Numbered from the stretch's first letter, positions 19,069 to 31,912 are shown. The stretch is 64,000 nt of DNA from an uncultured delta proteobacterium (GCA_963848295.1 CAWKDB010000010.1:3040001-3104000), one strand, 5' to 3'. The notes: a model not told the origin generated them from the sequence alone. A program made the numbers and translations.

Positions 19069-20145
19069 CTACCGCTGACGCTCGCACCAATCGATCACCG
19101 CCGCGGCGGCACCGGGCTTCGCGAGCGAGCGCATCGCCTCGCCCATGGTGGCGCGGCGGTTCGGATCTTCGAGCAGCGGACGCAGAGCCTCGGCGAGCGC
19201 GCTCGCCGTCAGATCGGCCTGGCGAAACATCAGCGCGGCACCCTTGGCGGCCATCTCGCGCGCATTGAGCTCTTGATGATTGTCGGCCGCGGTCGGAAAC
19301 GGGATGAACACTGCCGGGACGCCGGCGATCGCGAGCTCGGCGACGGTGGTCGCGCCGCTGCGTCCGATCACGAGGTCGGCGGCCGCGTAGGTCGACGCCA
19401 TGTCTTTGATGAACGCGCGGCAGTCGGCGGCGACGCCGGCGGTGCGATAGCGCGCCGCGGTGGCTTCGAGATCCTTCTCGCCGGTTTGATGCGTGATCGC
19501 GAGCGCGTGATCCTTCGCGAGCGCGATCAGCGCGGCCGAGGCGAGCTCGTTGACCGCGATCGCACCCTGCGAGCCGCCGGAGACGAGCACGTGGACCGTC
19601 GCACTCGGCTCGCGCGCACTCGGAGCGAGCAAGCGCTGGAGCAGCTCGCGGCGGACCGGGTTTCCGGTCATCAGGATCTTGTTCGGCTTGAAGAACCGGC
19701 GGCTCTCGTCGAACGACAGGAACACGCCGCGCACGACGCGACCGAGCAACTTGTTCGTCAAGCCCGGGATCGAGTTCTGCTCGCAGATCGCGGTCGGGAT
19801 CCCGCGCAGCCGCGCCGCGAGCACGACCGGTCCGCTCGCGTAGCCACCGACGCCGATCACCGCGTCGGGGCGGAGTCGTTTCAACAGCCGGCGCGCCTGC
19901 CACAACGCGCGCGGCACGCGAAATAATCCGCGGATCGCTCCGAGTGCGCCGACCGTCTTGAGCCCGCTGATCTCGATCAGCTCCAGTGGCCAGCCGAGCT
20001 CCGGCAGGATCCGCGCCTCGATGCCGCGCCGGGTGCCGACGAACGTGATCGTCGCGCCCGGATCGCGCGCGCGCAGCTCTTCGGCGATCGCGACGCCGGG
20101 AAACAGGTGGCCGCCCGTTCCGCCGCCGGCGATCACCACGTTCAT
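19069..20145 (-). CDS. murG: Lipid II GlcNAc transferase
   Basis: MNVVIAGGGTGGHLFPG, GGYASGP, EQNSIPG, GNPVR, GGSQGA, HQELNA; ATGA overlap with ftsW. Confidence 0.97.
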   Translation of the reverse strand: MNVVIAGGGTGGHLFPGVAIAEELRARDPGATITFVGTRRGIEARILPELGWPLELIEISGLKTVGALGAIRGLFRVPRALWQARRLLKRLRPDAVIGVGGYASGPVVLAARLRGIPTAICEQNSIPGLTNKLLGRVVRGVFLSFDESRRFFKPNKILMTGNPVRRELLQRLLAPSAREPSATVHVLVSGGSQGAIAVNELASAALIALAKDHALAITHQTGEKDLEATAARYRTAGVAADCRAFIKDMASTYAAADLVIGRSGATTVAELAIAGVPAVFIPFPTAADNHQELNAREMAAKGAALMFRQADLTASALAEALRPLLEDPNRRATMGEAMRSLAKPGAAAAVIDWCERQR

Positions 20146-21413
20146 GCAGTCACGACGCGCACGCGAACGCGTTTCTTCCGCGCCAGCTCGCGCGAGCTCT
20201 CTCGGACCGGCGCACGTCGCTCCGGCCGGCGCCCGACGTTGAGCACGAGCCCGACGAGGAACATCGTGATCACGAGCGAGCTGCCGCCGTAGCTGACGAG
20301 CGGAAGCGTGATGCCCTTGTTCGGCACGACCCCGAGCACGACGCCGATGTTGAATAGCGCCTGGACGCCGAACAACAGCGTGATGCCGTAAGCGAGATAG
20401 CCGCCGAACACGTCGCGTGCGCCGAGGGCCGCGCGCAGGCCGCGCCACACGATGATCGCGAACAGCACGATCACCGTCGCGATGCCGAGCCATCCCAGCT
20501 CCTCGCCGATCGTCGCGGCGATGAAGTCGCTGTGCGCTTCCGGCGTATAGCCAAGGTTCTGGAGCCCGCCGCCGAGCCCCGCGCCGGACATGCCACCCGA
20601 GGCGAGCCCGAGCCGAGCCTGCAGGAACTGATAGGCCTCTTTGTTCGCGAACGCGTCCGGGTTGATGTACGCGAGGAACCGCTGCATCCGCCACGGCGTG
20701 CCGACGATCAGGTGATACGCGACCGGCGCCGAGCCGAGCACGGCGAGCATGATGTACGAGATCCGCGTGCCGGCCATGAACAGCATGCCGAGCGTCGTCG
20801 CGCCGAGCACGATCGACGAGCCGAGATCCGGCTGCTTGAGCAGCAGCGCCATCATCGCGCCGCACACGACGAGGTGAGGCACGAACCCGACGGTGAACGT
20901 CTTGAGATGATCGGCTTTGCGGCCGAGCGAGTACGCGAGGTACGTCACGAGCGCGAGCTTCGCGATCTCGACCGGCTGGAACGTCAGCGGGCCGAGCGGG
21001 ATCCACCGCTTCGCACCGTTGCGCGAGTGGGTCGCGAGCGCGACTGCGAGCAACACGAGCGCGATCACGAGCAGCGGATAGGTCCACGACCGCAACCGGC
21101 GATAGTCCATGCTCGCGCCGAACCACAGCGCGACACCGCCGACCGCGACGTACGCGATCTGGCGTACGAGGTAGTGCGCGGCGTCGCCGTAGTGAGTCAG
21201 CGCGTCCGCGGCAGTCGCCGAATAGATCTCGATCGTGCCGATCGCGAGCAACCCGAGCATCGCCGCGAGCAACCACAGGTCGTAGGGCCGCTCCGGCAAC
21301 GTGACGCTCGGATGCTGGACCGCGATCACCTGCGCGGGCCCGGGCAGCGCGGGCTCGACCTGCCGTTTGCGCAGACGTTCGCTCCACGCGAACAGAGTGC
21401 GCAACACCGGCAT
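20142..21413 (-). CDS. ftsW: SEDS peptidoglycan polymerase FtsW
   Basis: GAKRWI, FQPVEIAK, QPDLG, PEAHSDFI, GEELG, KGITLPLVSYGGSS. Confidence 0.96.
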   Translation of the reverse strand: MPVLRTLFAWSERLRKRQVEPALPGPAQVIAVQHPSVTLPERPYDLWLLAAMLGLLAIGTIEIYSATAADALTHYGDAAHYLVRQIAYVAVGGVALWFGASMDYRRLRSWTYPLLVIALVLLAVALATHSRNGAKRWIPLGPLTFQPVEIAKLALVTYLAYSLGRKADHLKTFTVGFVPHLVVCGAMMALLLKQPDLGSSIVLGATTLGMLFMAGTRISYIMLAVLGSAPVAYHLIVGTPWRMQRFLAYINPDAFANKEAYQFLQARLGLASGGMSGAGLGGGLQNLGYTPEAHSDFIAATIGEELGWLGIATVIVLFAIIVWRGLRAALGARDVFGGYLAYGITLLFGVQALFNIGVVLGVVPNKGITLPLVSYGGSSLVITMFLVGLVLNVGRRPERRAPVRESSRELARKKRVRVRVVTA

Positions 21414-21553
21414 CGAGTCATCCTCATCGGGAGCTCGCAGCTGCGCCAGTTTTCGGCGTGCGCGCGCAACCGCGCCTCGTCGGGCGCCCGCGCCCGGTTG
21501 GATACGGCGGTTCGCACAGTTTGGATGGCACGGTCGATGCTCTTCGTCGGGCC

Positions 21554-21937
21554 ATGAACAACCTAAGAATCGTCATGCGTGGCTTGGTATTCTCGGTGTT
21601 GCTCGGGGTCGGCTGCACCGGCACCGGCGAGATCGAATACGGCGGTGGCGTCGAAACCCCGGACCTGGTCGACGCCGGCGACGGCGTCCAGGTGGTCGCG
21701 GACTACGACGAGCCCGTGTTCTTCAGCGACGGCTTCTACTGGCGTCACGGCGGCGATGGCTGGTACCGGTCGCACAACTACGCGGGCGGGTTCGTCCACA
21801 TCGACGCGCCACCCGCGCGCATCGGTCACATCGATCACCCGGAGCGGTTCGTCCACTACAAGCCCGCGAACTACACCGCGCATCATCGGGCGACGAGGCG
21901 GCCCGAGCCGATCGGCCGCGTCCACGCCGCTCGTTAG
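21554..21937 (+). CDS. Small lipoprotein with aromatic/His-rich segment
   Basis: LLGVGC lipobox; VFFSDGFYWRHGGDGWYRSHNY. Confidence 0.7.
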   Translation: MNNLRIVMRGLVFSVLLGVGCTGTGEIEYGGGVETPDLVDAGDGVQVVADYDEPVFFSDGFYWRHGGDGWYRSHNYAGGFVHIDAPPARIGHIDHPERFVHYKPANYTAHHRATRRPEPIGRVHAAR

Positions 21938-21993
21938 CCGCGAGTCGTCCTGACCCACTGATCGTTCGGCCCGGGCTACACGCCACGTGCCGG

Positions 21994-22914
21994 TCAGTGC
22001 GGCCGTTCGGGTAGCGGTGGCGGCGGTGGTGAAGGCCGCGGCCGCGGCGGCGGGATCGCGAGCGGATGATCGCCACCGTCGTGGACCACCGAGCCCCAGG
22101 TCGCGTCCTCGGGCGCGGTCTCGATGATCGAGCGCTGGCCGCTCGCGAGCGCGCGGATCGGCTCGACCGCGGTGAGCGGTCTGCGCTGGAGCCACGGGAT
22201 GGCCTCGAGCAGCGCGAGGTTCGTCGCGCAGGTGCAGCCGGTGACGTGCGTGCCCAGCGTGCACAGGAGCGCCGCGTCGAATCGCGCGCCGTTCGCCATC
22301 GTCGCGGCGTCGGCCGCGAGCTGCGGGCAGTTGACCGCAGTGTCCTTCGCGATCGCGCCGACCAGCCTCGGAAGATCGGCGTGACCATCATCGGCACCAA
22401 ACACCGACGGCGGCGCGCGATGCTCGAACGCACCGTTCGCGCGGTAAGCGAAGCCGATCGTAGCGTAGCGGTCCGCCGGGTCACCCTCGGCGAGGTCGGA
22501 ATACAGCTCGCGCACGATTCTCCACGACGTTTTCGGCGCGATGCCGATCACGAGCGACGGCGACGTGCCCCGCGTCGGCGTCCACATATCGAGCTCGACC
22601 GGTCTCGCTTCGCCAGTCGGGCCGACGAGCACGATGCGGTCCGCTCCCACGACGAGGTAGTCGCTGTCCGACGTATCGGCGCCGGGCACGTCCGTCGCGG
22701 ACGCCAGCGCATCGCCGTCGATGCCGACTGCCATCTCGGCCTCCTGGACGCCGAGATGCGGCCGCGAATGCACTTCGTCGTTTGCAGCCGCGGCGTAGAA
22801 CTGCGCGAGCTGTTCGCGCGCGCTCGCACAGACCGGCCGCGCGGGCGTCGGCGGCGGGCTCGGGTCGTGCTGGCAAGCACCGAGCGCGATCGCGAACGCG
22901 AGCGCCTTAGCCAT
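21994..22914 (-). CDS. Lipoprotein, diverged paralog D of the ExbD-like family
   Basis: ALGAC lipobox, CASAREQLAQFY, VIGIAPKTSWRIV, CPQLA, CTCATN, DATW; start overlaps the murD stop. Confidence 0.65.
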   Translation of the reverse strand: MAKALAFAIALGACQHDPSPPPTPARPVCASAREQLAQFYAAAANDEVHSRPHLGVQEAEMAVGIDGDALASATDVPGADTSDSDYLVVGADRIVLVGPTGEARPVELDMWTPTRGTSPSLVIGIAPKTSWRIVRELYSDLAEGDPADRYATIGFAYRANGAFEHRAPPSVFGADDGHADLPRLVGAIAKDTAVNCPQLAADAATMANGARFDAALLCTLGTHVTGCTCATNLALLEAIPWLQRRPLTAVEPIRALASGQRSIIETAPEDATWGSVVHDGGDHPLAIPPPRPRPSPPPPPLPERPH

Positions 22915-24297
22915 CGAGCCGCTTCGCGCCGACCGCGCTGACCGCCTCGCGAAACACGCGACCGCGATGGCCGAAGTTCTGGAACATGTCGTAGCTCGCA
23001 CACGCCGGCGATAACACGACCGCGTCGCCGGCGCTGCATAGCTCGGTCGCGCGCCGTACCGCATCGTGCATGTCGGTCGCATCGATCACCGGATAGGTGA
23101 CGCGATGCTCGGCGGCCGCCGCGCGGATCAACGGCGCCGCCGTGCCGATCAACACGATGCCCTTGCACGCGTCGTCGAGGGCTTCGAGCATCGGCGCGTA
23201 GGAGCCGCCCTTGTCGACGCCGCCGGCGATCAGGACGAGCGGCCGTGGAAAGCCGCGCACGCTCGCCGCGACCGACGCGACGTTCGTGCCCTTGCTGTCG
23301 TCGTAGTAGTAGATGTTGTCGCGGTCGCCGACCAGCTCCATGCGATGCGGCAGCGGCCGGTAGCTCTTCGCACCCGCGCGTACGTCGTCGATCGACACGC
23401 CGACCCGCCGCGCCGCGAGATACGCGCACATCGCGTTCTCCATGTTGTGGTTGCCGACGATCACGAGATCGCTCGCCGGATATCGCTCGATCGCGGTCTC
23501 GAAATGCAGCACCAGCTCCGTGCCGTCGATCACCGCGCCGCGAGTCGTCGTCGCGCCCTTGCGCGAATCAAACGTGTACAGCTCCGAGCGGATCCCAGCC
23601 GTCTCGCGCATGGTCCAGTCGTCGGCGGCGTTTGCGATCGCCATATCCTCGGCGGTCTGGCGATCCCAGATCGAGCCTTTGACGTCGGCGTAATGTTGCA
23701 TCGTGCCGAACCGATCGAGGTGATCCTCGGTGATGTTCGTGAGGATTCCGATGCGGGGCGAAAATGACGTGCAGTTCTCCAGCATGAACGCGGCGACCTC
23801 GACGACGACGAGGCCATCGGGCGCGTTCGCCGGATGATCGATCGCCTCGATCATCGGCATGTTGCCGAGGTTGCCGCCGCAGAACGTCGGTCGGCCCGAG
23901 GCCGCGCACAAGGCGCCGGTCAGCGCGGTCGTCGTCGACTTGCCGTTCGTGCCGGTGATCGCGATCAGCGTCGCCTGCGGATGCAAGAACCGATACGCGA
24001 GCTCGATCTCGGCGATGACTTCGACGCCGGCGGCGCGCGCGGCGACCATCTCGGGCAGCGTCGGTACGCCGGGCGACATCACGACGAGGTCCGCGCTCGT
24101 GAACGACGCGAGATCGTGACCGCCGAGCTGCCAGGTCACGGCAACGCCGTCGAGCTTCGCGACCTGATCCGCGAGCTTGTCGGCGGGCTTGCCGTCGCTG
24201 ACGATCACGCGCGCGCCGCGCTTCGCGCAGAACCTCGCGACCGCGATCCCGGTCTGCGCGAGCCCGACGACGACGACGGTCTTGCCGGCGAGCTCCA

Positions 24298-24298
<1 letters not shown>
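22907..24298 (-). CDS. murD: UDP-MurNAc-L-Ala--D-glutamate ligase
   Basis: MELAGKTVVVVGL, SPGVP, TGTNGKSTT, DHLDR, DDSKGTN, LSPACASYDMF. Confidence 0.97.
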
Positions 24299-25505
<1,207 letters not shown>

Positions 25506-25506
<1 letters not shown>

Positions 25507-28316
25507 TAGGTCTGCTCCTTCATCGCGGCATTCATCTCCGAGAGCACGCGCTCGAGCCGCATGCCGCGCGACGCCTTGAGCAAGATCCAGTCGCCGGGCT
25601 GGGAGCGAGCGAGCGCGCGGTTCGCCGCGGCCTGAGGATCGGCGGCGACCTCGGCCGGTGGCCCCGCCGCCTCGACGACCGTGCGCGCCTGATCGCCGAG
25701 CGCGATCACGCCGATGCCGAGCTGCTTCGCGAGCGCGCCGACGTCGCGGTGGGACGCGACCGCGTGATCGCCGAGCTCGAGCATGTCGCCGACGATCGCG
25801 AGCGCGCCCTTGCGACCGGCGAGTGTGGACAGCGCGGCCGCCATCGATGCGGGATTCGCGTTGTAGCAATCGACGATCACGTTGCGACCGGCGACGACCG
25901 CGATCTCGCCGCGCATCGTGGCGGGACGCGCCCGCGCGAGCCCGGCGAGCGCCTGGACGATCGACGCGCCGGCGGCGTGAGCGGCTCCGATCGCGGCGCA
26001 GGCATCGATCGCGACGTGGCGCCCGACGAGCTCGAGCGCGAGCTCGTGGCGTTCGCCGAACACGTCGAGATCGAGGTCGCCACCCGAGTCGCGCGCGACG
26101 TAGCGCACGAGCCGAATGTCGGCGTCGCTTTCGTCGCCGAACGTGACGACCCGCGCCTTCGGGCGATGATGCTCGGCGAGATGGCGCAGCCGCTCGTCGC
26201 CGGCCGGTCTCACGACCGTGCCGCCTTCGCGCAGGCCGATCCAGATCTCGGCTTTCGCACGTGCGATCGCGTCGGTCGTGCCGAGGAGCTCGATGTGCGC
26301 GGTGCCGGCGTTGACGACGACCGCGACGTCGGGCTCGGCGAGCTTCGTCAGGTATTCGATCTGCCCCGGTCCGCGCATGCCCATCTCGACGATCGCGTAT
26401 GAATGGAACAGGCGGAGGCCGAGCAGCGTCAGCGGCACGCCGGTCTCGTTGTTGAGCGAACCGTCGGCGGCATGAGTCGTCCCCGCGGTCGCGAGCGCGG
26501 CGCGCGTGAGCTCTTTGGTCGTCGTCTTGCCCGCGCTGCCGGTGATCGCGACGAGCTTGTGCGTCGGCTCGGTCCACGCGATGCGATGCGCGCGCGCCAG
26601 CTTGCCGAGTCCGATCCGCGTGTCGGCGACGACGATCTGCGGGGCCGCCACCTCTACGCGACGATCGACCATCACCGCGCTCGCGCCGGCGGCGACCGCG
26701 GCGGCGCAGAACTCGTGTCCGTCGTGATGCTCGCCGCGGATCGCGACGTACAGCGCGCCCGGTAGCGCGCGCCGGCTGTCGATCACCTCGCGATCGACCT
26801 GGATCGCGCCGTCACCGACGAGCTCGCCGCCGGCATCGCGCGCGAGGCTCGCGACGATCTGGTGCTCGCGCTCGGCGATCGCGGCGGCGGCCTCCTCGCG
26901 ATCGTCGAAGTGGATCTTCGTCGTGCCGAGGATCTGATAGTCCTCGTGGCCCTTGCCGGCGATCACGACGACGTCGCCCGGCGTCGCTTCGGCGATCGCG
27001 GCGCGAATCGCGACGCGGCGATCGACGTCGACGAAGAACGGCTTCGCCACCGCCGGCAGGATCTGCTCGAGGATCGCGCGCGGGTCCTCGGTGCGCGGGT
27101 TGTCGCTCGTCACGACCGCGAGGTCCGCGAGCTCGGCGACGACCGCTCCCATTTTCGGTCGCTTCGTCGGATCGCGATCACCGCCACAGCCGAACACGCA
27201 GATCAGCCGGCGCTTGGTCAGAGGGCGCAGCGCGGACAACACGTTCGCGAGCGCATCGGGCGTGTGCGCGTAGTCGACGAGCACATCGAGCTCGACCTTG
27301 TTCGCGACGCACTCGACTCGCCCGGGCACGCCGGGTAGCGCCGCGATGCCGCGCGCGATCGCGTCGTGGGAGACGCCGAGCGCCTCGCCGATCCCGACCG
27401 AGAGTGCGAGGTTCGCGACGTTGTAATGGCCGATCAGCGGCGGGCAGTCGATCGCGATCTCCCCGGTCGGCGTCGCGATCCGCGCCTTGATTCCACGTAC
27501 CGTCGTCTGCTGCTCGACGACGCGAATCTCGCACGCCGCGCCCTTCGCCGAAACGGTCAGCGCGTGCGCGACACCCTCGGCCATGCCTGCGCCGGCCGGA
27601 TCGTCGATGTTGACGACCGCGGTGCCGTCGGCGCGCAGGTAGTCGGTGAACAACAGGCGCTTCGCGGCGCGATACGCTGCCATCGTGCCGTGGATGTCGA
27701 GATGATCTTGCGTGAGGTTCGAGAACGCGGCGACCGCGAGCTTTAGGCCGGCGACGCGATGCTGCGCGAGCGCGATCGACGTGACCTCCATGACGACGTG
27801 CGTGCAGCCGGCGGCGCGCATGTTCGCGAGCGCGCCGTGGATCAGCTGCGGCGTCGGCGTCGTGTAGCTCGCGACCTCGACGTGGCCCGGCCAACGCAGC
27901 TCGACCGTGCCGATCACGCCGACCTTGACCCCGGCCTCGGCGAGGATGGATTCGACGATATACGTCGTGGTCGTCTTACCGTTCGTCCCGGTCACGCCGA
28001 TCAGCGTCATCGCCGCGCCCGGATCGCCGAGCGAGCGCGCGACCAAGGGCCCGAGCGCCGCGGCGCCCGATGCGACTATGACCTGCGGTACCGCGAGGTC
28101 CGGCAGCTCGCGCTCGACCACCACCGCCGCCGCGCCGCGCTCGATCGCGGACGCCACGAAGTCGTGGCCATCGGAGCGCAGGCCGCGCACCGCGACAAAC
28201 ACCTCGGCTTTGCCGACCTTGCGCGAATCGTCTTGCACCGCGCCGACTTCGATCTCGGCATTGCCGACGACGCGCGCGCCGGCGAGGCCGTCGATCAGCT
28301 GGCGCAGCGTGGTCAT
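25506..28316 (-). CDS. murE-murF: Fused MurE-MurF ligase (936 aa)
   Basis: MurE half: GTNGKTT, DYAHTPD, FGCGGDRD, DNPR, AGKGHE. MurF half: TGSAGKTTTK, NNETGVP, DCYNANP, GDMLELG, KASRG. One continuous ORF. Confidence 0.93.
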
Positions 28317-28363
28317 GTCTGTAGAACGCGCAGCTTCAGCGATTTCGTGCAGCTAGGCAAGGT

Positions 28364-30436
28364 TCAGGGAGCGTGCGACCGCTCGTCGGAAAACGTCAGG
28401 CTTACCCGGCCGATCACCGAGATCGGACCGGGCGGCGGGTCTTGCGAGATCATCCGTCCGCTCCCGTGGATGTCGACGTCGACGTGCTGATCGCGCGCGA
28501 GCTCGAGCGCCCTGGCGACGCCGAGACCGCGAAAGTCCGGGACCGTCGCGATCGCATCGGCGAGCCCCGACTGTTCGGGATCGCCAGCACCGCCGAACGG
28601 CGGCGCGGATCGATCGATCGGCGCCGCTTCGACGCGGTCCGCGGGTACCGGCGGCGCCGGCTTGGCCGGGTTCGCCCCGGCGAGCGCTGCGGGCGTTGCC
28701 ATCGGTGCGTCACCCGGCACGCCGAGATAACGCAGCGACTCGCTCGCGATCGTCGCGAACACCGGCGCGGCGACCTTCGCGCCGTAGTAGTCGCCGCCGC
28801 CGGCAGTGTTCGGCTCGTCGATCATCACGACGATCGCGAGCCTCGGGTTCGAGATCGGCGCGAGCCCGGCGAACGACGACAGATAGCGATCCTCGGAGTA
28901 TTTCTTCGTCGTCGGATCGTACTTGTGTGCGGTCCCGGTCTTGCCGCCGCACTTGAAGCCGGGGACGTCGATCTCCTTCGCCGTGCCGCCGTCCTGGTGG
29001 CCGGGCGTCGCCTTGTCGAACACCGACGTGAGCATCGCGACCATCTCCATCGCCGTTCGATCCGAGATCGCGCGGTGCTCGGCCGGCGTCGGCTTGTACA
29101 GCACGGTGCCGTCGGCGGCGTCGACCTGGTCGACGATGCGCGGTTCGCGATACATCCCGCCGTTGCCGATCGCGGCGAGCCCGGCCGCGATCTGCAGCGG
29201 GGTCACGGTCAGGCCATAGCCGAACGCGATGTGCGCGAGGTCGACATCCCGCCACGTCGAGCCGGCGTGCACGGTGCCCCAGCGCTCGGCCGGGAGCTCG
29301 ATGCCGGTGCGCGCGCCAAAGCCAAAGTTCTTGAGCCCGGCATAGAGCTTCTCGCGGCCGAGCCGGAGCGCGATCTTCGCCGCGCCGACGTTCGACGATC
29401 GCTTGATGATGCCGGCGACGGTCAGGTACGGGTCCCCGTCGACATCGCGGATCAGCGTGTGACCGACCGTGAACTGGCCGCCGCCGAGATCGAAGCCGGT
29501 CTCGGGCGTCACCGCGCCATCGTCGAGCGCGACCGACACCGTGAACATCTTCATCACCGAGCCGGCCTCGTACAGATCGGTGACCGGGCGATCGCGCGCC
29601 TCGCCAACCTCGGTCGTGTTCGGGTCGTACGACGGATAACTCGCGAGTGCGATGACGCGGCTCGTGCCGACCTCGAGCACGACCGCGACCCCGCTCTTCG
29701 CCTTGTGCGCCGTCACCGCCGCGGCGAGCGACGACTCCGCGATCGCCTGGATGCTGCGATCGAGCGACAGGTGCACGGTGGCGCCGGGCTCGACGTGCGC
29801 GACGCCCGACGACATCATCGCGCGTCCGCGCGCATCGCGCAGCGCCTCGACCTCGCCGCTCTTGCCGGCGAGCCAAGCGTTCATCGTCTTCTCGATGCCA
29901 TCCTTGCCGCTGCCGTCGATATCGGTGCGACCGATGACCGTGCCGGCGAGCGCGCGGCCGGGATACCAGCGCCGCGGTTCGTGCGCGATCTCGACCCCGG
30001 GGAGCTTCGCGGCGGCCACCGCGCGCGCGACCTCGGGCGGGACATGGCGCGCGAGCCACACGAACCGGCGATCGCCGCCGAGCTTGGCCTCCAGCGCGGA
30101 GGCGTCGAGGCCGAGCAGCTTGCCGAGCGTCTCGCTCGTCGCGGTCAGATCTTTGATGTCGTGCGGGCTCGCCCACACCGAGTCGGCATCGGCGCTCGCC
30201 GCGAGCTGGCGGCCATCGGCGTCGACGATCTCACCACGCGGCGCGGTGATGTCGAGCTCCATCTCGTGCTGGTGCTCGGCGAGGTCGTGAAACTTCTGGC
30301 CATCGTCGACTTGCAGCGCCCACGCGCGCACCCCCACGCCGAGCAAGCCGAGCGTCACGATCGCGCCGCTGAGATACGCCCGCACGCGCGCACCATGCGA
30401 CACGCCGGGCGTCATCGGCCGAAGCTTCGGGTTCAC
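28364..30436 (-). CDS. ftsI: Class B PBP FtsI/PBP3 with C-terminal PASTA domain
   Basis: GSVMK (SxxK), SSN (SxN), KTGTA, VPDFRGL PASTA. Confidence 0.95.
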   Translation of the reverse strand: MNPKLRPMTPGVSHGARVRAYLSGAIVTLGLLGVGVRAWALQVDDGQKFHDLAEHQHEMELDITAPRGEIVDADGRQLAASADADSVWASPHDIKDLTATSETLGKLLGLDASALEAKLGGDRRFVWLARHVPPEVARAVAAAKLPGVEIAHEPRRWYPGRALAGTVIGRTDIDGSGKDGIEKTMNAWLAGKSGEVEALRDARGRAMMSSGVAHVEPGATVHLSLDRSIQAIAESSLAAAVTAHKAKSGVAVVLEVGTSRVIALASYPSYDPNTTEVGEARDRPVTDLYEAGSVMKMFTVSVALDDGAVTPETGFDLGGGQFTVGHTLIRDVDGDPYLTVAGIIKRSSNVGAAKIALRLGREKLYAGLKNFGFGARTGIELPAERWGTVHAGSTWRDVDLAHIAFGYGLTVTPLQIAAGLAAIGNGGMYREPRIVDQVDAADGTVLYKPTPAEHRAISDRTAMEMVAMLTSVFDKATPGHQDGGTAKEIDVPGFKCGGKTGTAHKYDPTTKKYSEDRYLSSFAGLAPISNPRLAIVVMIDEPNTAGGGDYYGAKVAAPVFATIASESLRYLGVPGDAPMATPAALAGANPAKPAPPVPADRVEAAPIDRSAPPFGGAGDPEQSGLADAIATVPDFRGLGVARALELARDQHVDVDIHGSGRMISQDPPPGPISVIGRVSLTFSDERSHAP

Positions 30437-30783
30437 GGTGTCGCCGCGACCTTGCTGTGACGGTCGAGCGTCTGGATGTGATCGGGCGCGACCGTGGTCA
30501 TGCCGAGCTCGGTCGCGAGCTTGCGGATGCGCTCGGGCGCGGTCAGCGTGGCGAGCTCGAGCTCGAGCCGGCGGTGCGCCTCGCGCAGCTCGCGCACGTG
30601 AGCGGACGCCTGCGTCAATTGATAGCCGACGCTCAACACTTCATGCTCGCGCGCGACGCGCACGATGCCGAAACCCGCGACGGCGATCGCGAGCGCGACG
30701 AGCGTGATCACCGCCGGCTTGACCGATGGTGCTTCGCCTTCATTGCGCTTGAACAGGCGATACAACCGCGCGGACGACGACAT
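30433..30783 (-). CDS. ftsL: Cell division protein FtsL
   Basis: One TM segment plus leucine zipper, LTAPERIRKLATELGM; lies between rsmH and ftsI. Confidence 0.85.
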   Translation of the reverse strand: MSSSARLYRLFKRNEGEAPSVKPAVITLVALAIAVAGFGIVRVAREHEVLSVGYQLTQASAHVRELREAHRRLELELATLTAPERIRKLATELGMTTVAPDHIQTLDRHSKVAATP

Positions 30784-30952
30784 TCGGCGTCTCTCCACTA
30801 CACGCCGTGGCCATGCGACGGGCCAATTTTTTTCGCGATTCCTCGTCGGAAAATGGGGACTGCGCGGAGGTTCAGGGGCCGAGGCGGATCGATCGATCGG
30901 CTGTCCGTGCGAAGCCAAAGTACGGCCGATACCTCACGTCGAGGGTCCCCCT

Positions 30953-31912
30953 TTAGCGGGCCCGAGCGGGCAGGTTCGGCGCCGCCGTGCGCTCGCACGC
31001 GCGCAGTCGAGCCGATCGCGCGCGCGGGTTGCGCGCAACCTCGGCGGCATCGGCGAACACGGCCTTGCGTTCGACCGGCTCGCACACCGCGAAGCTGCGC
31101 TCGCCGGCCTTCGCCGCGAGCGCGGGAGGCAGCGACGACGTCCACGCGAGGTCGCGAAACCGATTCTTGACGAGCCGATCCTCCAGCGAATGAAAGCTGA
31201 TGACCGCGCACCGCCCGCCGGACGCGAGCAGGCCCGGGAACGCATCGAGGAACCGCGCGAGTTGATCGAGCTCGCGGTTGACCGCGATGCGCAGCGCCTG
31301 GAACGTCCGGGTCGCCGCGTGAATCTTCGACTTGCGTTGTTCTCCCGCCGGGATGACGCGCGCGATCAGCGCGGCGAGATCGATCGTGGTGTGCAGCTGA
31401 TCGTCGCGAATCGCATCCTTGATCGCTCGCGCGACCTTGCGCGAATGGCGCTCCTCACCGAGCTCGAAGATCACGTTGCCGAGCGCCTCGCCATCGAGGT
31501 CGCGCATCAACTCGAAAGCGGTCGGCCCGTGCGTCGGATCCATCCGCATGTCGAGCGGCCCGGCCTTGCTGAACGAAAACCCGCGCTCGGCGCGATCGAG
31601 CTGCGGCGACGACACCCCGAGGTCGGCCACGAAGCCGTCGACATGAGTTAGGTTCAGGTCGGAGAGGATGCGAGTGATATCACCGAGCTCTGCGTGGACG
31701 AGCGTCGCGCGGTCGCCCAATCGCTCGCGGCTCGCCTCGAGCGCGTCCGGGTCGCGATCGATCCCGATGAGGCGTGCGCCGGGCGCCGCCTCGAGCAGCG
31801 CCGCCATATGACCGCCGCCGCCGGCGGTGCAGTCGACATAAACTGCATTATCTCGCGGGGATAGGCTTGAAATCACCTCGCGAACGAGCACTGATTCGTG
31901 ACCGAACACCAC
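30953..31912 (-). CDS. rsmH: 16S rRNA m4C1402 methyltransferase (start approximate)
   Basis: HESVL, DCTAGGGGH, DLGVSSPQLD, ISFHSLEDR, NPRARSARLR. Confidence 0.96.
   Translation of the reverse strand: MVFGHESVLVREVISSLSPRDNAVYVDCTAGGGGHMAALLEAAPGARLIGIDRDPDALEASRERLGDRATLVHAELGDITRILSDLNLTHVDGFVADLGVSSPQLDRAERGFSFSKAGPLDMRMDPTHGPTAFELMRDLDGEALGNVIFELGEERHSRKVARAIKDAIRDDQLHTTIDLAALIARVIPAGEQRKSKIHAATRTFQALRIAVNRELDQLARFLDAFPGLLASGGRCAVISFHSLEDRLVKNRFRDLAWTSSLPPALAAKAGERSFAVCEPVERKAVFADAAEVARNPRARSARLRACERTAAPNLPARAR

Noticed and set aside
28373..30460. 695-aa antisense ORF over ftsI and many similar long overlapping ORFs
   Set aside because: Shadow ORFs expected from high-GC codon bias; Arg/Ala-rich with no recognisable motifs.
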